64,000 nucleotides of DNA from Lama guanicoe. Its lineage: Eukaryota. Under the pieces are notes generated by a model. That model had not been told where the DNA came from. It saw nothing but the letters and a program-made list of their open reading frames with translations, and did no database searches. Position numbers and translations under genes: made by a program. Below, piece by piece: positions 38,701 to 50,700 of the stretch. How positions within the stretch are numbered: position 1 is the first letter of the stretch; each line of letters opens with the position of its first letter. Location: positions 409,168-473,167 of the forward strand of contig MU053482.1 of NCBI GenBank assembly GCA_013239625.1, written 5' to 3'.

Positions 38701-41700
38701 TGGACATGCGCCTTGGCTACGGCTGTCTCCTGACACTGCGGGCCCTGAGCCCTGCCGTGCCTGCCAACCTGCGTCTCCTACTGCGGCCTGTGGCACTGAT
38801 GCTGCCTGACCTGCAGCAAGTGGCAGAGCTGACCCTGCTGGGTGCAGGGATACGGGACGCCACATGCATGGCGACCCGCCTGTCCAGGTTCTTCTCCCTA
38901 GAGCATGAGCTGGTGCCTAGGCCCCTGCCCTGCCGCTTGCCCCTGCTCAAGCAGGTACTGGAAGACACGATACAGGCCCTAAACACAACCGTGGAGGGTC
39001 CCAAGTCCAAGCAGCCCTGCAACCCGGCTGCCATTGAGGAGGCCACCCTGCTGCGTGCCCTGCTGCGCTCCCCACTGTTCAGCATCCTGGATGAGGTCCA
39101 CCTGTGCAGCCTCCAAAAGCTTCTCTGTGGGCTCTTCCCTGCTGCCCACCAGGTACTGGCAGAGCGCATGACTCACAGGCTGAGGAAGTCACTGCTGGAG
39201 GAGGAGTTGCAGCAAGGACGCCTGCATCCCAGCCCTGATATTTTGGGGTCGCTGGAGCAGCTGAGCCAGGCCCTGGGCCAGGCCTCCGGTGTTTTGCTTC
39301 TGGGCCCTGCAGGTAGTGGCAAGACCAGCTGTTGGAACAGCTTATTTAAGATCCAGAATCGGTTGGCAGCCATGGAGATTACCTCAACCCAGAGCTGCCA
39401 GCCCGTGGAGATTACTCACCTGTATCCCAGTGCCCTCAGCCCCCAGGAGTTCCTGGGATGGCTTGAGGGCCCCTGCTGGCACCATGGTGTCTTCCCCCAG
39501 CTGCTTCGTGGAGCCATTCGGTGTAAGACTGTGGGTCCAAGGGGGCAGGTGCAGGAAGCAGTGGGGATTCATCACTGGATAATATGTGATGGGGCTCCCA
39601 GTGCCGCTTGGCTGGACTCTGTCACTTGCCTCCTGGGTGACCCTCCTCAGCTTAGCCTCCCCAATGGTCAGCAGATAGCACGACCCCCAGGTACTTTTCT
39701 CTTGATGGAGATGGGAGATGCAACAGGCATGTCCCCTACATTGGTAGGCCGCTGTGCCCTAGTCTGGTGTGGCGGGGAGCACACCTGGCAGGGTGTGCTG
39801 AGCGTCCTGATGGCAGCCCTGCCCCGAGAGTACCGCCTGCAGCTCAAGACTATCACTGAGCTCAACTACCTGGCTGACGTGCTGGTGCCCGCAACAATCC
39901 AATTCCTCACCAGCCAGGGTGCCAGCTCTCTGCCGCAGGTTCACGGGCAGCAGGCTGTTTGCCCAGGTGTGGCTGAAGTCACCAGCCTAGCCCGCATCCT
40001 GCGTTGTCTGCTTGACCTGCACCTGCGCATAGATGACGAGGAGAAGGCACATATCCCAGGTGCAGGGAAGGGAAAGGGCAGGGCTGATTTGAGAGGATAG
40101 CTGAGATATAGCTGGAGCCTGAGGCCCGGGTTCTTAGTGGCCTTGGGCTTGGAGACTGAAAGTGAGAAGCAATAACCAACCTCTCCTCCCCAACCCCCTT
40201 CCCTTTTTTGCTACTGGGGCTCTGATTCTGGCCATGGTGACCTTCGCAGAAGACCTCAAATATAGTGATACTGTGGCCCAAAGCTTCAAGTCCTCGAAAA
40301 GCAGCTCTCTGAACCGGTACCAGATTGATGGTGATGGTGTACCTGATAAGCGCAGGGAGCACTTGCTGGCTGTCAGCAGCTTTCTTTTTGCTTTGATCTG
40401 GGGCTTCGGAGCCCACCTTCCCTCCAGGTATCTACAGCGGGGCAGGGGAGATGCAGAGGGCTGAGATGGAATAGCCCATGGGAGCCAAACCCCAGGTGAC
40501 ATCATTGGAGGAGGGTGGGGGGTGTGAGTGTATCGCAAATGGAACTGTTGTAACTGCCTGACAGTTTTGCCTGTATGCCAATCTGAGCAGGCTCTGGCCC
40601 TTCTTTGATACCTTCCTGAGGGATTCTATTAGTTGCCTCTCCGACTACCCTGAGCCGCCACCCTCAGCCTTGGTGTTTGATCTGCATGTATGCCCTGAAG
40701 ATGGGACACTGGCCCCCTTCACTGGCCAATACCTGGGCAACCACCTCAAGGGACCTCAGGGCACTTTCAACCCTTCTCCCCAGGTGTGAGGACAGTGGGG
40801 CAGTAGCTGGGGTTTAGGCTCCAAGAGAGATCCTGGGGTGGTCGGGTCCTAGGCCTAGCCGAGGCCCACCTGCCCCAATCTTTGATATATTTTCACAATT
40901 ACAAGAATACACGAAGTGTTCTGCAAGCACAGCTTTAAGACAAGGCCCTTAGGCCTCTTCTTTCAGCCAGACTACTGTGCTAACCTGGAGCTGCTCCTGT
41001 CCTGCAGACCGAACGGCTCCTATACGTGGTGGACCTTCTTCTGTCAGAGGGACACCCCGTGCTGCTGGCTGGAGAGGCAGCAACAGGGAAGTCAGCCTTT
41101 GTGGAGGTGCTCGTGGAGCCACTGCACCCTTACATGTGCAGCCCCATCCACCCAGCTGTCCGTACCACCCACCTTCGCCTTCTGCTGAACCAAGGGTTCC
41201 AAAGCCAACCACAAGCCAGCCAGTTGTCTACACGGCACGTGGATTCCAAAGGCTTCCTCCTCTTCCTGCTGGAGGATCTGCACCTGGCTGCTTCTGGTGA
41301 GGACCTGGGAGGAGACTCTTGAGACTGTAAAATATCTAGCAATATTCATTGACTGTCAAACATACACCTGCAGACCAAACCTCAGTGTTCCATTCTTAAT
41401 ATCTTCTCATTCTACACGTGCTGCCTGAATAATCGTAACCCTTGTGTGGCCTCATCCACCACCTCTGATTCTCTTCTAAGCATCAGACCTGTTTATCCAA
41501 CGATCTACTGGATATCTCTACCTTGTTGTCCCATTGGACCCTCAGACCCTACCCTGAACTCATCATCTCCCCCAGCACCCTGCTCCCATGTACCACCTGC
41601 TCCCGGTACCACCATCCATACAGTCACTTCAGCTAGAAATCTTGTTGACATCTTCCCCTCTCTCACCAATGTGCAGTCACCCTGTGACTTAATTTTGCTT

Positions 41701-44700
41701 CCTAAGTACCTCTAAAACTTCTCTGACTATGTCCATTCCATCTTCCCTGGTTCAGACAGTCATTACCTGGAACTTTGGCAAATGCTCTTACAAGGTTTCT
41801 TGTGATGAGGCTTTCTTCTCTAGACTTTTACACTCTGTGCTCTAACTAGACTCAACTATGTAGTACAGGCATCCAGTAAGTCTGGCTGCTTCTAACCTCT
41901 GGGACTGCCATCCTCTCTGCCTTCTTTATTCTGGCTAAATCCTACTTATTCTTTACAAATAATCTCAGGCAATATTTCCTCCAGAAGCCTGGGCCTCCAG
42001 GCTAGGTTTGATGCTCATCCTGTGCTCTGTACAAAAATCTGTGACAACCATGGTTTTGTGACATGTACATTTACTGGCTTGTCCCTTCCATCCACTCTGA
42101 GCTTCGTGAGAACAGAGAATTGCCTCATTCATTCTGATAGACCCAGCAGAAAGTAAATGCTCAGTAAGTCTGTAGAAGAAAAGATAAGAAAGGAAAGAGG
42201 AGAAATTGTGATGAAAGCTTGGGCTATTGAAGTTTAAAGTTTCTAAAGTGATACACCTCCAGAGATTAAAAGTTTCGAATATGGCTGTGGGAATGGACAA
42301 AAACGAAGTATAGGTACAGGGTACTGAAGTCAAGGAAGTCCATGGGCTAAAGCTGAAGATGGATTGTCCAGTCAGACACTGAAGTCCCTTATGCAGTGTA
42401 GAAAATTTGAACCAGGTGGTATAAGTACTTAATAATATTTGGTACAATTTATTGAGTTCTACATGCTTTACCTATGCCATCTTTAATGTTCATAAAAGCC
42501 TAATATGATGGAGATTTACTATGATTTTTTTAAAGATGAAGAAACTGAGATTTTATAACTTGACCAAGATACTCTAGCCAGTAAGTATCAGACCAAGAGT
42601 AAAATGCAAGCCTGGTTGGCTCCAAACCAGTAATTTTTTCCAACTATATTTTTTGGCCTTCTCAATGAATTTGCACAAGTAATCAGGATGTCAGTGGATA
42701 ACAGAAAGAGTAAAAGGTGCCAGATCTGTGAAGGGCAACCGAGAAGAGATTTCAACAGGAAGAGATTTCAACAGGAAGAGATTTCAAACATTGCCAGCAA
42801 CGTCGTAGAGTGAAGTATACACAGCTGACAGGGTAAAAGGTATTCTTGGGTGACAGCCACCAAAACAGCCAGCATAAAGTCAAAAATTAGTAGACATCCA
42901 ACAGAACAGAAAACTGACTCGTCAAGAGGAAACAGTCAATAAAAACTGATTCTGAGATGGCCTTGAAGTTGAGTTTAGCAGACAAATACTTTACAGCATC
43001 TATTATAAAAACATTCAGTTTTTTTAAGGGAAAATAGGATCTTTTTTTTTTTTTTTGAAAATAGGGTCTTAATAAACAGAGGTAATCTCAGCAAGGAAAT
43101 GAAAACTACTAAAGTCAACTAAATGGAAATTTTAGAACTGGGAAATACAATAACTGAGAGGAAAAATGCACTGGCTGGCTTAATAGCACATTGGAAATGG
43201 CAAAAGAGTCAGTGAACCCTGAAGAACAGAAAAATACTGAATATGAAAAGAGCTTCAATCTAATTTATATATAATTGGAGTTTCAGAAGGCAAGAAGAGT
43301 GAGAATAGGGCAGACAAATATCTTTGAGGAAATAATTACCACGTTTTCCCAAATTTCTTGAAAAGTATTGACTTTCACATATAGAAAGCTTAGTTATCCC
43401 CTAGTAGGATAATAAAAAGAAAAACACAGGTAGGAACATCACATTCAAACTGCTGAAAATCAAAGAAAACCTTTGAAAGTGGTTAGAGAAAAAAAAGGAC
43501 AGACTACGTACATATGTATAACATTAAGAATGAATGATGGTCAAATTCTCATCAGAAATAACAGAATCCCAATGGTGATGGAACAACATCTTTCAAGCAC
43601 TAAAAGGGAGGAGGGAGGGCATAGCTCAGTGGTAGAGTGCATGTCTAGCATGCACGAGGCCCTGGGTTCTAGCCTCAGTACCTCCATTAAATTAGTAGAT
43701 AAATAAACCCCATTACTCCCCCCCTAAAAAAATTAGTTAAAAAAATGAAAAATAAGAAAATAAAAATAATTTTTTTAAAGGAAAAAAAAAACCCACTCTG
43801 TCATCCTGGGATTCTCTGTTCAGTAAAGAAACCTTTGTAAATGAGGATGAAATAAAGATATTTCAGATACATGAAAACTGAGAAAATCCATTGCTGCTAG
43901 GACTGTTACAAGAAATGCCAAAAGATATTCTTCAGGCAGAAGAGAAGGAATGTCATATGGCAACTCAGATCTACAGAAGAGAATGAAGAGCATCAGAGGC
44001 GGTAAATATGTGGGTACATATAAATGACTATCGTTTTTGTCTCTTAATTTCCTCCTGTCCTGCAGACCCAGAGAAGAGCTGTCAGCCAGTGCTGGAGACG
44101 CTGCGCCAGGCCATGGACGGCACCGTGTATGCCCACGGCTCCTTGGAACTACAGACGCTGCAGCCGAAAATCAACTTCCTTGCCACGGCCACGGTGCCGG
44201 GCTTCTGCGAGCGCCCGCTGTGCCCACGCCTCTGTCGACTCTTCACAGTGCTGGCCTTCGGCAGCATGACCCAGGCCGCGCTGCTGAGCAGGCACACACC
44301 CAGCATCCAGGCCTGGCTCGAGCGCTTCCCCTCTGTGGAGCGGGAGAGCCTTCTAGCAAGAGCCCTGGTCCGGGCCTCGGTGGAGGCCTGCGAGGCGGTG
44401 GGCCACTGCTTTCTACCTTCACCCCTCCGCCCCCACTACCGCTTCTCCCTGCACTTGGTGAGCCAGCTGCTGGGAAGCCTGCAGCTGCTGCCCCCCAGGG
44501 TGGGCTCGTGGGGTTTTGTGGACTGTCCCGACCACCAGGAGCACTTGCGCCGGGTGTCCGGCTTACGCGGCACCCACCTGGCCATCATGATAGCCATGCG
44601 CAACATGGTGCGTCTTTGGTTGCATGAGGCACAGAGAACCTTTTGTGACCGGCTGGACAGCCCCAGGGAGCGCTCCTTCTGTGCCAACCTGCTCCTTGAG

Positions 44701-47700
44701 GTAGCTCAGAATGTCTTCTGCTGTGGGCCGGCACCCCAGAGCCTGGGCAAGGGCTATGAGGAGGAGATGGAGGAGAAGGTGCCTGAGGTGGAATCTGAAG
44801 GGGAGCTGGCCCAGTGGGAGGACGTGAGCAGCAGCGGCAGTGAGACAGAGGAGGAGGAGGACCCTCATGGCCTTCAGGTCACCACAGGCTCACCAGCCAA
44901 CAATTCAGCACCATCCATAGCCCCAGTAAAGAGGGAGACCACAGGGAGCCTAAGTCAGAAGATAGGCCAGGAGGAAGGCACAGGGACCTCCAGCTACAAA
45001 AGCCAGCTAAATCGATCCAAGAACCGGTGGCAGAAGACAGCCCAGGTAGACCTAATCTCTCCCCTGCTGCTACCAGTCCTATTACTCCATCCCCAGGAAA
45101 AGCCCTCAGACCTGGTCTTCAGTCAGGAACTGATGCTAGGGTCCAACTCTGAGAGCTCCAACTTGTACCTGGAACGGCAGTGGGAGAGCCTAGAGGAGCA
45201 GCTGGCCACCTCAGCTGCTCAGCTGAAGCTGAGCCCCCACCTTGCCCGGTGCCACTCGATGGCCCAGCATGTGGCCCGCCTGGTCCGGGTGCTGGCCAGG
45301 CCCCGGCAGCATGGCTTCCTGCTGTCAGGGGCTCGGGGCACTGGGCGCCGTACCGCTGTCACACTGGCTGCTAACATTTGTCAGGCCCGCCTCCTCCATC
45401 TGCCATGTGGATCAGAGGAGGCCATTCTCCAGTGTCTGCGGGAGGCCAGCTGGCATGCTGGCATGTTAGGCAAGCCAGTGGCCCTGCTGGTGCCCAGGGG
45501 TGTAGATCTCACTACCCTTCATCATCTACTGGCCCTGGCAACCTCAGGAAGTTTCCCCGACCAGTACACAGAGGCAGATCTGGACAACATTGAAGAGCAT
45601 CTCCTCAGGGATAACCTTAGTGTCAAGCAGAACATCAAGAAGGAAATGCTGTTGCAGAGGTGAGGCCCAGAACCCCACAGCAGGGATTGTCCTGTCCTTG
45701 CCCCTTCCTGGCCGAAGGCCAAAAAACAAACAGACAAACAAAACCCAAGGGATAGTGTGAGGGCTCAGAGCATCAGGGCCAAGGGGTCAGGGCTGGGACG
45801 CGGACTGGATGGGCAAATAGGGCTAACGTGGGGGCCAGCATCTGAGCTTCTCCTCACAGGTTCTACCAGCAAGTGTGCAGCCACCTGCACATGTTCATCC
45901 TGATCGGAGATGACCAGGCCCACAAACAGCTGCCCTCCACCCTTTTCCTGAGGCTCCTTCAGCTGGCCATCGCCAGCATTGACCGCTATGAGCCCTGGGA
46001 CCATGATACCCTGGTCAGCGTGGTCCAGCACCACCTGGAGGGTACTCAGAGCCCACCCCTTGATGACGGTGAGCTCTTTTTACCTGCCCTTGCCACTCAT
46101 CTCAACTAGGTTCTAATGAGAATGTTTACTGAGGTCAGCCTCTCTAGAACCTAACTGAGCCTTCTTCACCTTTTCTGTCCTCTTTCCTGAGCCAGAGAGG
46201 GTTCCTTTCGTTTCTTGTTCTCCCACAAGCTCAGAAGTCCAGGCTAAAGCCATGCCCGTTGCAGACTCCTTGAAGTACCCAGACCTCCAGGCCTCAATCC
46301 CCAGTGTGGCCAAAGCCATGGCTCTCATCCACCTTTCAGCTGCCAGCTACCAAGGGCACCTGTGCCCAGAATTGCCACTAGTCACCCCCAAGACTTTCCT
46401 GGACTTCTTGGACACTTTTGTGCTGCTGCAGCAACAGTTGACCCTGCAGATAAAGAACAAGGCCCAGCGGTGAGGGCCCTCATTCCCTCCCCCAAACCTC
46501 CTCTGCTCCCTCGGGTCCACTCACTGGCACTTTGTATCTCCAGGATCCAGAATGCCCTGGGAAATCTGAGGATGCTGATTGAACAGCACAATGCCCACAG
46601 CAACCTGGTCTTTGCCTTGGAGCAGCAGCTAAAAGGCTCTCGCGAGGTAAGGGGGAGAGGATTATGAGGCATGCACAGCAGGGTCAAAAGCAGGTGCCTA
46701 AAAGGGGACTTCGGAGGAAGCAACGAGACTGAACCTTAGTTCTGTCTCCAGAGAGTCCCCCTTCCCCCAAGGGGATCTTGTCTCTAATTCCTGCTGCTTC
46801 CTCCTTTAGAGCTCAGACTCAAAGTTGCCCCTGGCACAGCGGAGACCAGGCTGCCTCTTCTAACACATGAAATCCAAGTGTCTGCTTCTTGTTGTCCCTG
46901 GGACCTTGACTGTGTGAAGTTCAGTCTGCTCCCCAAGCTCTCCATAGACTCCCACCGGGGATGGGGTAGGATTACATCCTCATGGCCACCTCTCACCCTA
47001 ATCCTCTTCTGTTGGATTCTGTATCACTGCTAGTTGGCACACCTCTTGTAGCTGTCCTCTTTTCCCGTGCCACTGTGTCCTTGCACCTCTTCCTTCCACA
47101 AAAGCATCAAATATACAATATATACACTGTATGTATAAAAATATACACTCTGGTGTACAGTGGGGAAGTGTGAATGGGTGATGGCAGTGGGGGCAATTTA
47201 CATTAGAACAGAACAAGAAATAGATTAAAATGGCATGTAGACCTCAGTGTCCCGACTTTTCCTCTGCCACCCTCCTCTACAGGGCATTTCCAGTGACAGA
47301 CTTTTCTCCTCCCATCTACACAGAACTGCTCCACAGTGTTATTCAGCCACCCACTTTCCCTTCAGGGCTCCGCAAATACAATTCTCATGTAGTAAGAGAT
47401 TTGTACAGCCCAAACCCTAAATCCTATTGTTTTCTTATATGGAGCAATTTTCTTCTTTGTATACACAAACCACTCAAATCTAGCTGGAACCGGTATCAGT
47501 GGGGTCACCACAACTTCTGTAGCCAAACTCTCTTAGTTAAAAGTGTTGTCCCGAAATGAAGAGAAGTTTTTTCTTTTTGTTTGTTTGTTTTTTTAATTTA
47601 ATTTAATTTATTTTGGGGAGAGATAAGAGTTTATTTATTTATTAACTGGAAGTACTGGGTATCGAACCCAGGACCTTGTGCATACTGAGCATGCACTCTA

Positions 47701-50700
47701 CCACGGAGCTATATCCTCCCCCCCACCCTTATCTTTTGTTTTTAATGATAGAAATTCTGAAATAGCATTTTTTTTCCTTCCTGCTAGACAAGACTTCGGT
47801 GAAAGTTTGGGGCTAACTACAGCAAAGTAAACTAGTGCTCAATCCACAAACAGATAACCTGGTTTACCTGCCTGCTGGCTTTCAGGCCTTACAGCTCCCG
47901 GTGGCTGACAGGCCTCTTCCAGGGGCAGGGCTCGCATCATGTCTACACACATTATTTTGCCTGTGTTCTGTGTCAACGGTGTTCCTGGGAGTCCGCACAG
48001 TACCGGTGCCCTCCTACCATCCGTCCCCGAGGAATGGTAGCTTAGCTTAAACATCAAACCTTAGTTGACATGCAGACAAATTAAGAAGTTCATAAATGGA
48101 CAGGAGTCCTTTTCCCTGTGTTTTCCAAATTCCAGTTTCTTCTCTTGGGTCCTACCTTTTCCCAAGATGATTAATACCTGAAATTGTTGATCTGGTTTGG
48201 GAGTGGTATTATTCTTTGATCCCTGGGTCCGATGTATCAGACCACAACATAAGAAGCTCAAAATCTAGATAAGAGGAGTTCGCAGTCTCAGGGACATTCA
48301 CTCAACAGCCGTAATAGTGTGTATTTCTTTCAGTGTTGTCCACCTGAAGCAGTGGTACTGGTGACCAACCACTAGGTCATTTAAGTTAAATGAGGAGTCA
48401 TTCTGGACCCCTCCGTCTCATTTCCTTCTCATATTCAACTGGTTCATTCACTCATTACTGTAGTCAACAAAAACTAATTGAACTCACTTTTTTGTGCAGG
48501 CACTCGTTAATATTTTTGTCTATAGACAGACAGAATCATCGCCACAACTTTCTAAGGCAGCCATCCTTTCTTCCATTTTACAGATGAGAAAACTCAGATC
48601 CACAGAGGTTAGGATGAGGATTAAAAGGGGTCTCACATGTAAAGCATTTCAAAGTGCTGGCATATAGCAAGAGCCCAATAAGTATTGGCGTCTATTAACA
48701 TTAGGTTAAATTGCCTCCTAGTAAGAAAGATAAGGCACGGTCCTTGCCTTCATGGTGCCTAGTTTACTGGAAGATACAGGCTCATCCAGGTAATTACAGA
48801 ACAGTGTGTTATGACAGAGCAAGTCCAGGGTGCTCTGATAGAGCAAGACTTTGTAGAGAAAGCACAGTGCCAGTCTATAGCACGGAGGCATCTGTAGACC
48901 ATGGTCAGCGCTCAAAAACATTCCTTAAAGATGTAAACGAATGAATGAAGTACATCAAGGTTGATACCTGAAGGTTAGGTAAGATTTGGCATAAAAGAGG
49001 GTGGGAAGAATGTTGCAGTGAGACTGAAGTAGTAGCAGGTGCAAAGGCCCCAAGGCAAGGGAATGTGTACCACATTGGAGGAGCTGAAAGTTGGGAATGG
49101 CTGGAGAGTAGGGTGCTGGGGGAGGAAAAGGAGATGGGGTTGGAAAGATAAGTAGAGGCCCCTGCGTTACAGAGTCCTTGTAAACCAAATGAAAGAGTGG
49201 CGAGTGTTAAGAGACATGACAGTGATAATGCTACTTGGCCATTAGAAAACCAGTTAGGCTGCAGCATGAAAAATGGATTAGTAGAGGGGAAGTAAGAGTT
49301 AGGAAGCTGAGACACCAGCTAGGAAGCCAGCACTGAGGGTCAGGAGTGAGGGAGCGTGGGCATGAGTGATAGTGTTGGGGATGGGAGTAAGCCTGAGAGA
49401 CATTCAGAAGGTAGAAATGAAAGGCCTTGGAGATGGGTTGGGTTTAGGGGGAATAGAAGAGACGGAGTCAGGGTAACAGGTTTCTTCCTTGGGAAACATG
49501 GGTGTCTTTTGCCACAGTTCTCTGAGAAAAGAGCTCATGAAGAGATGGGTAAGACTGCAAGAGATCTGGGAAGGCATAGCCAATACTGCTACTCAGTTTC
49601 TGTACATGTGGAGTCTGATGGGGCCTGTGAGACACTGAAGAGGAGATTTCAGACGGATATGGGACTGTGGGTCTTGGGAAAGAACCTGGCTAGATACAAA
49701 GATTTGGAAGTTGTTAAAATCTAAGTGGTAATCAGAGCTGTGAGATTAGGGAGGGTGCACAAAAGTGTAGGGCAAGAAGAGAAGGGGGCCCTGAAAAACT
49801 TGCTGAGAAATATTTAAGGGATGGCAGAGGAAGAGACTGAGAAAGAGCAACCACGGAGTTTGGAGAAAGTCAAAGGAGAACATTGTATCATGCAAGTCAA
49901 GGGAGGAAAATGTTTCAAGAGGGTGGAACTGTCTTCTGCGACAAATGCCACTAATGGGTCAATCTGAAGCATAGCGGTTACTGGTTGAGATTGCGTGGGC
50001 CTGTGCGGTAGATCAGGAGAGCTGCAGGGCTTGATGTGTAACTCACAGACCAGTCAAGGACAGTTTCAGAGCTCAGTGTGTATCTGTGTCCTGTTGGGAG
50101 TTCAGCTTGGCCACCCTGAGTGTCAAGTGAGGAGCGCGCCCGAGTCCAAGCCCACAGGGTCTTCCTCCAGGGTCTTCCCACCTGGCCCAGCATCTAGAGC
50201 TGTAGAGCCTCGACTCTGTTCACAGAGCCTCAGCAGACTGCAGCATCAGTGGGACCAAAGGAAGTTCCTGTACGGGCGGCAGCTGGCAGAGTGTCAGCAG
50301 CAGGAGAATCTCATTGAGAAACTGACCAAGCAGCGGGATGCCCTGCGGACTCAGCATGAGGCTTTCCTGGAGCAGGTGGGCTCTTCCTGCTGCCTGTCTT
50401 GCGCTGCTCTGCTCTTGGAGGGGGACAGCCCCTCACAGGATGCCCAGAGGAGAGGGTGGGTCAACTTGTTGTGGAGTCTCCTCGGGGAGGGGGCACAGGT
50501 AATAGGACGGCTCGAGGAATGGTCCCGCAGGGGAACCTAAGAGAAGATGATCCCTCCTGGAAATACCTTGAAGAAAGAGGTCATTTGGGGAACTCCCTTC
50601 AAGAGCATATCTCTCCTCATTTAGATGGGCAAGGCATTTCTGGGGCCCCTGAGCCAGCTGCAGGTGGCCGACTTTGAGGAGATAAGGAGCTATCGAGCAC

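Noticed and set aside
38158..38865. Long antisense or alternate-frame ORFs over DNHD1 exons (also 33285-33884, 50433-51059, 59127-59678)
   Set aside because: Expected shadows of GC-rich coding sequence; low-complexity translations with no recognisable domain.
42743..42787. CRISPR-like direct repeats
   Set aside because: Head-to-tail 16-bp tandem with no spacers in a mammalian intron; likewise the 16-bp duplication near 63011-63043.
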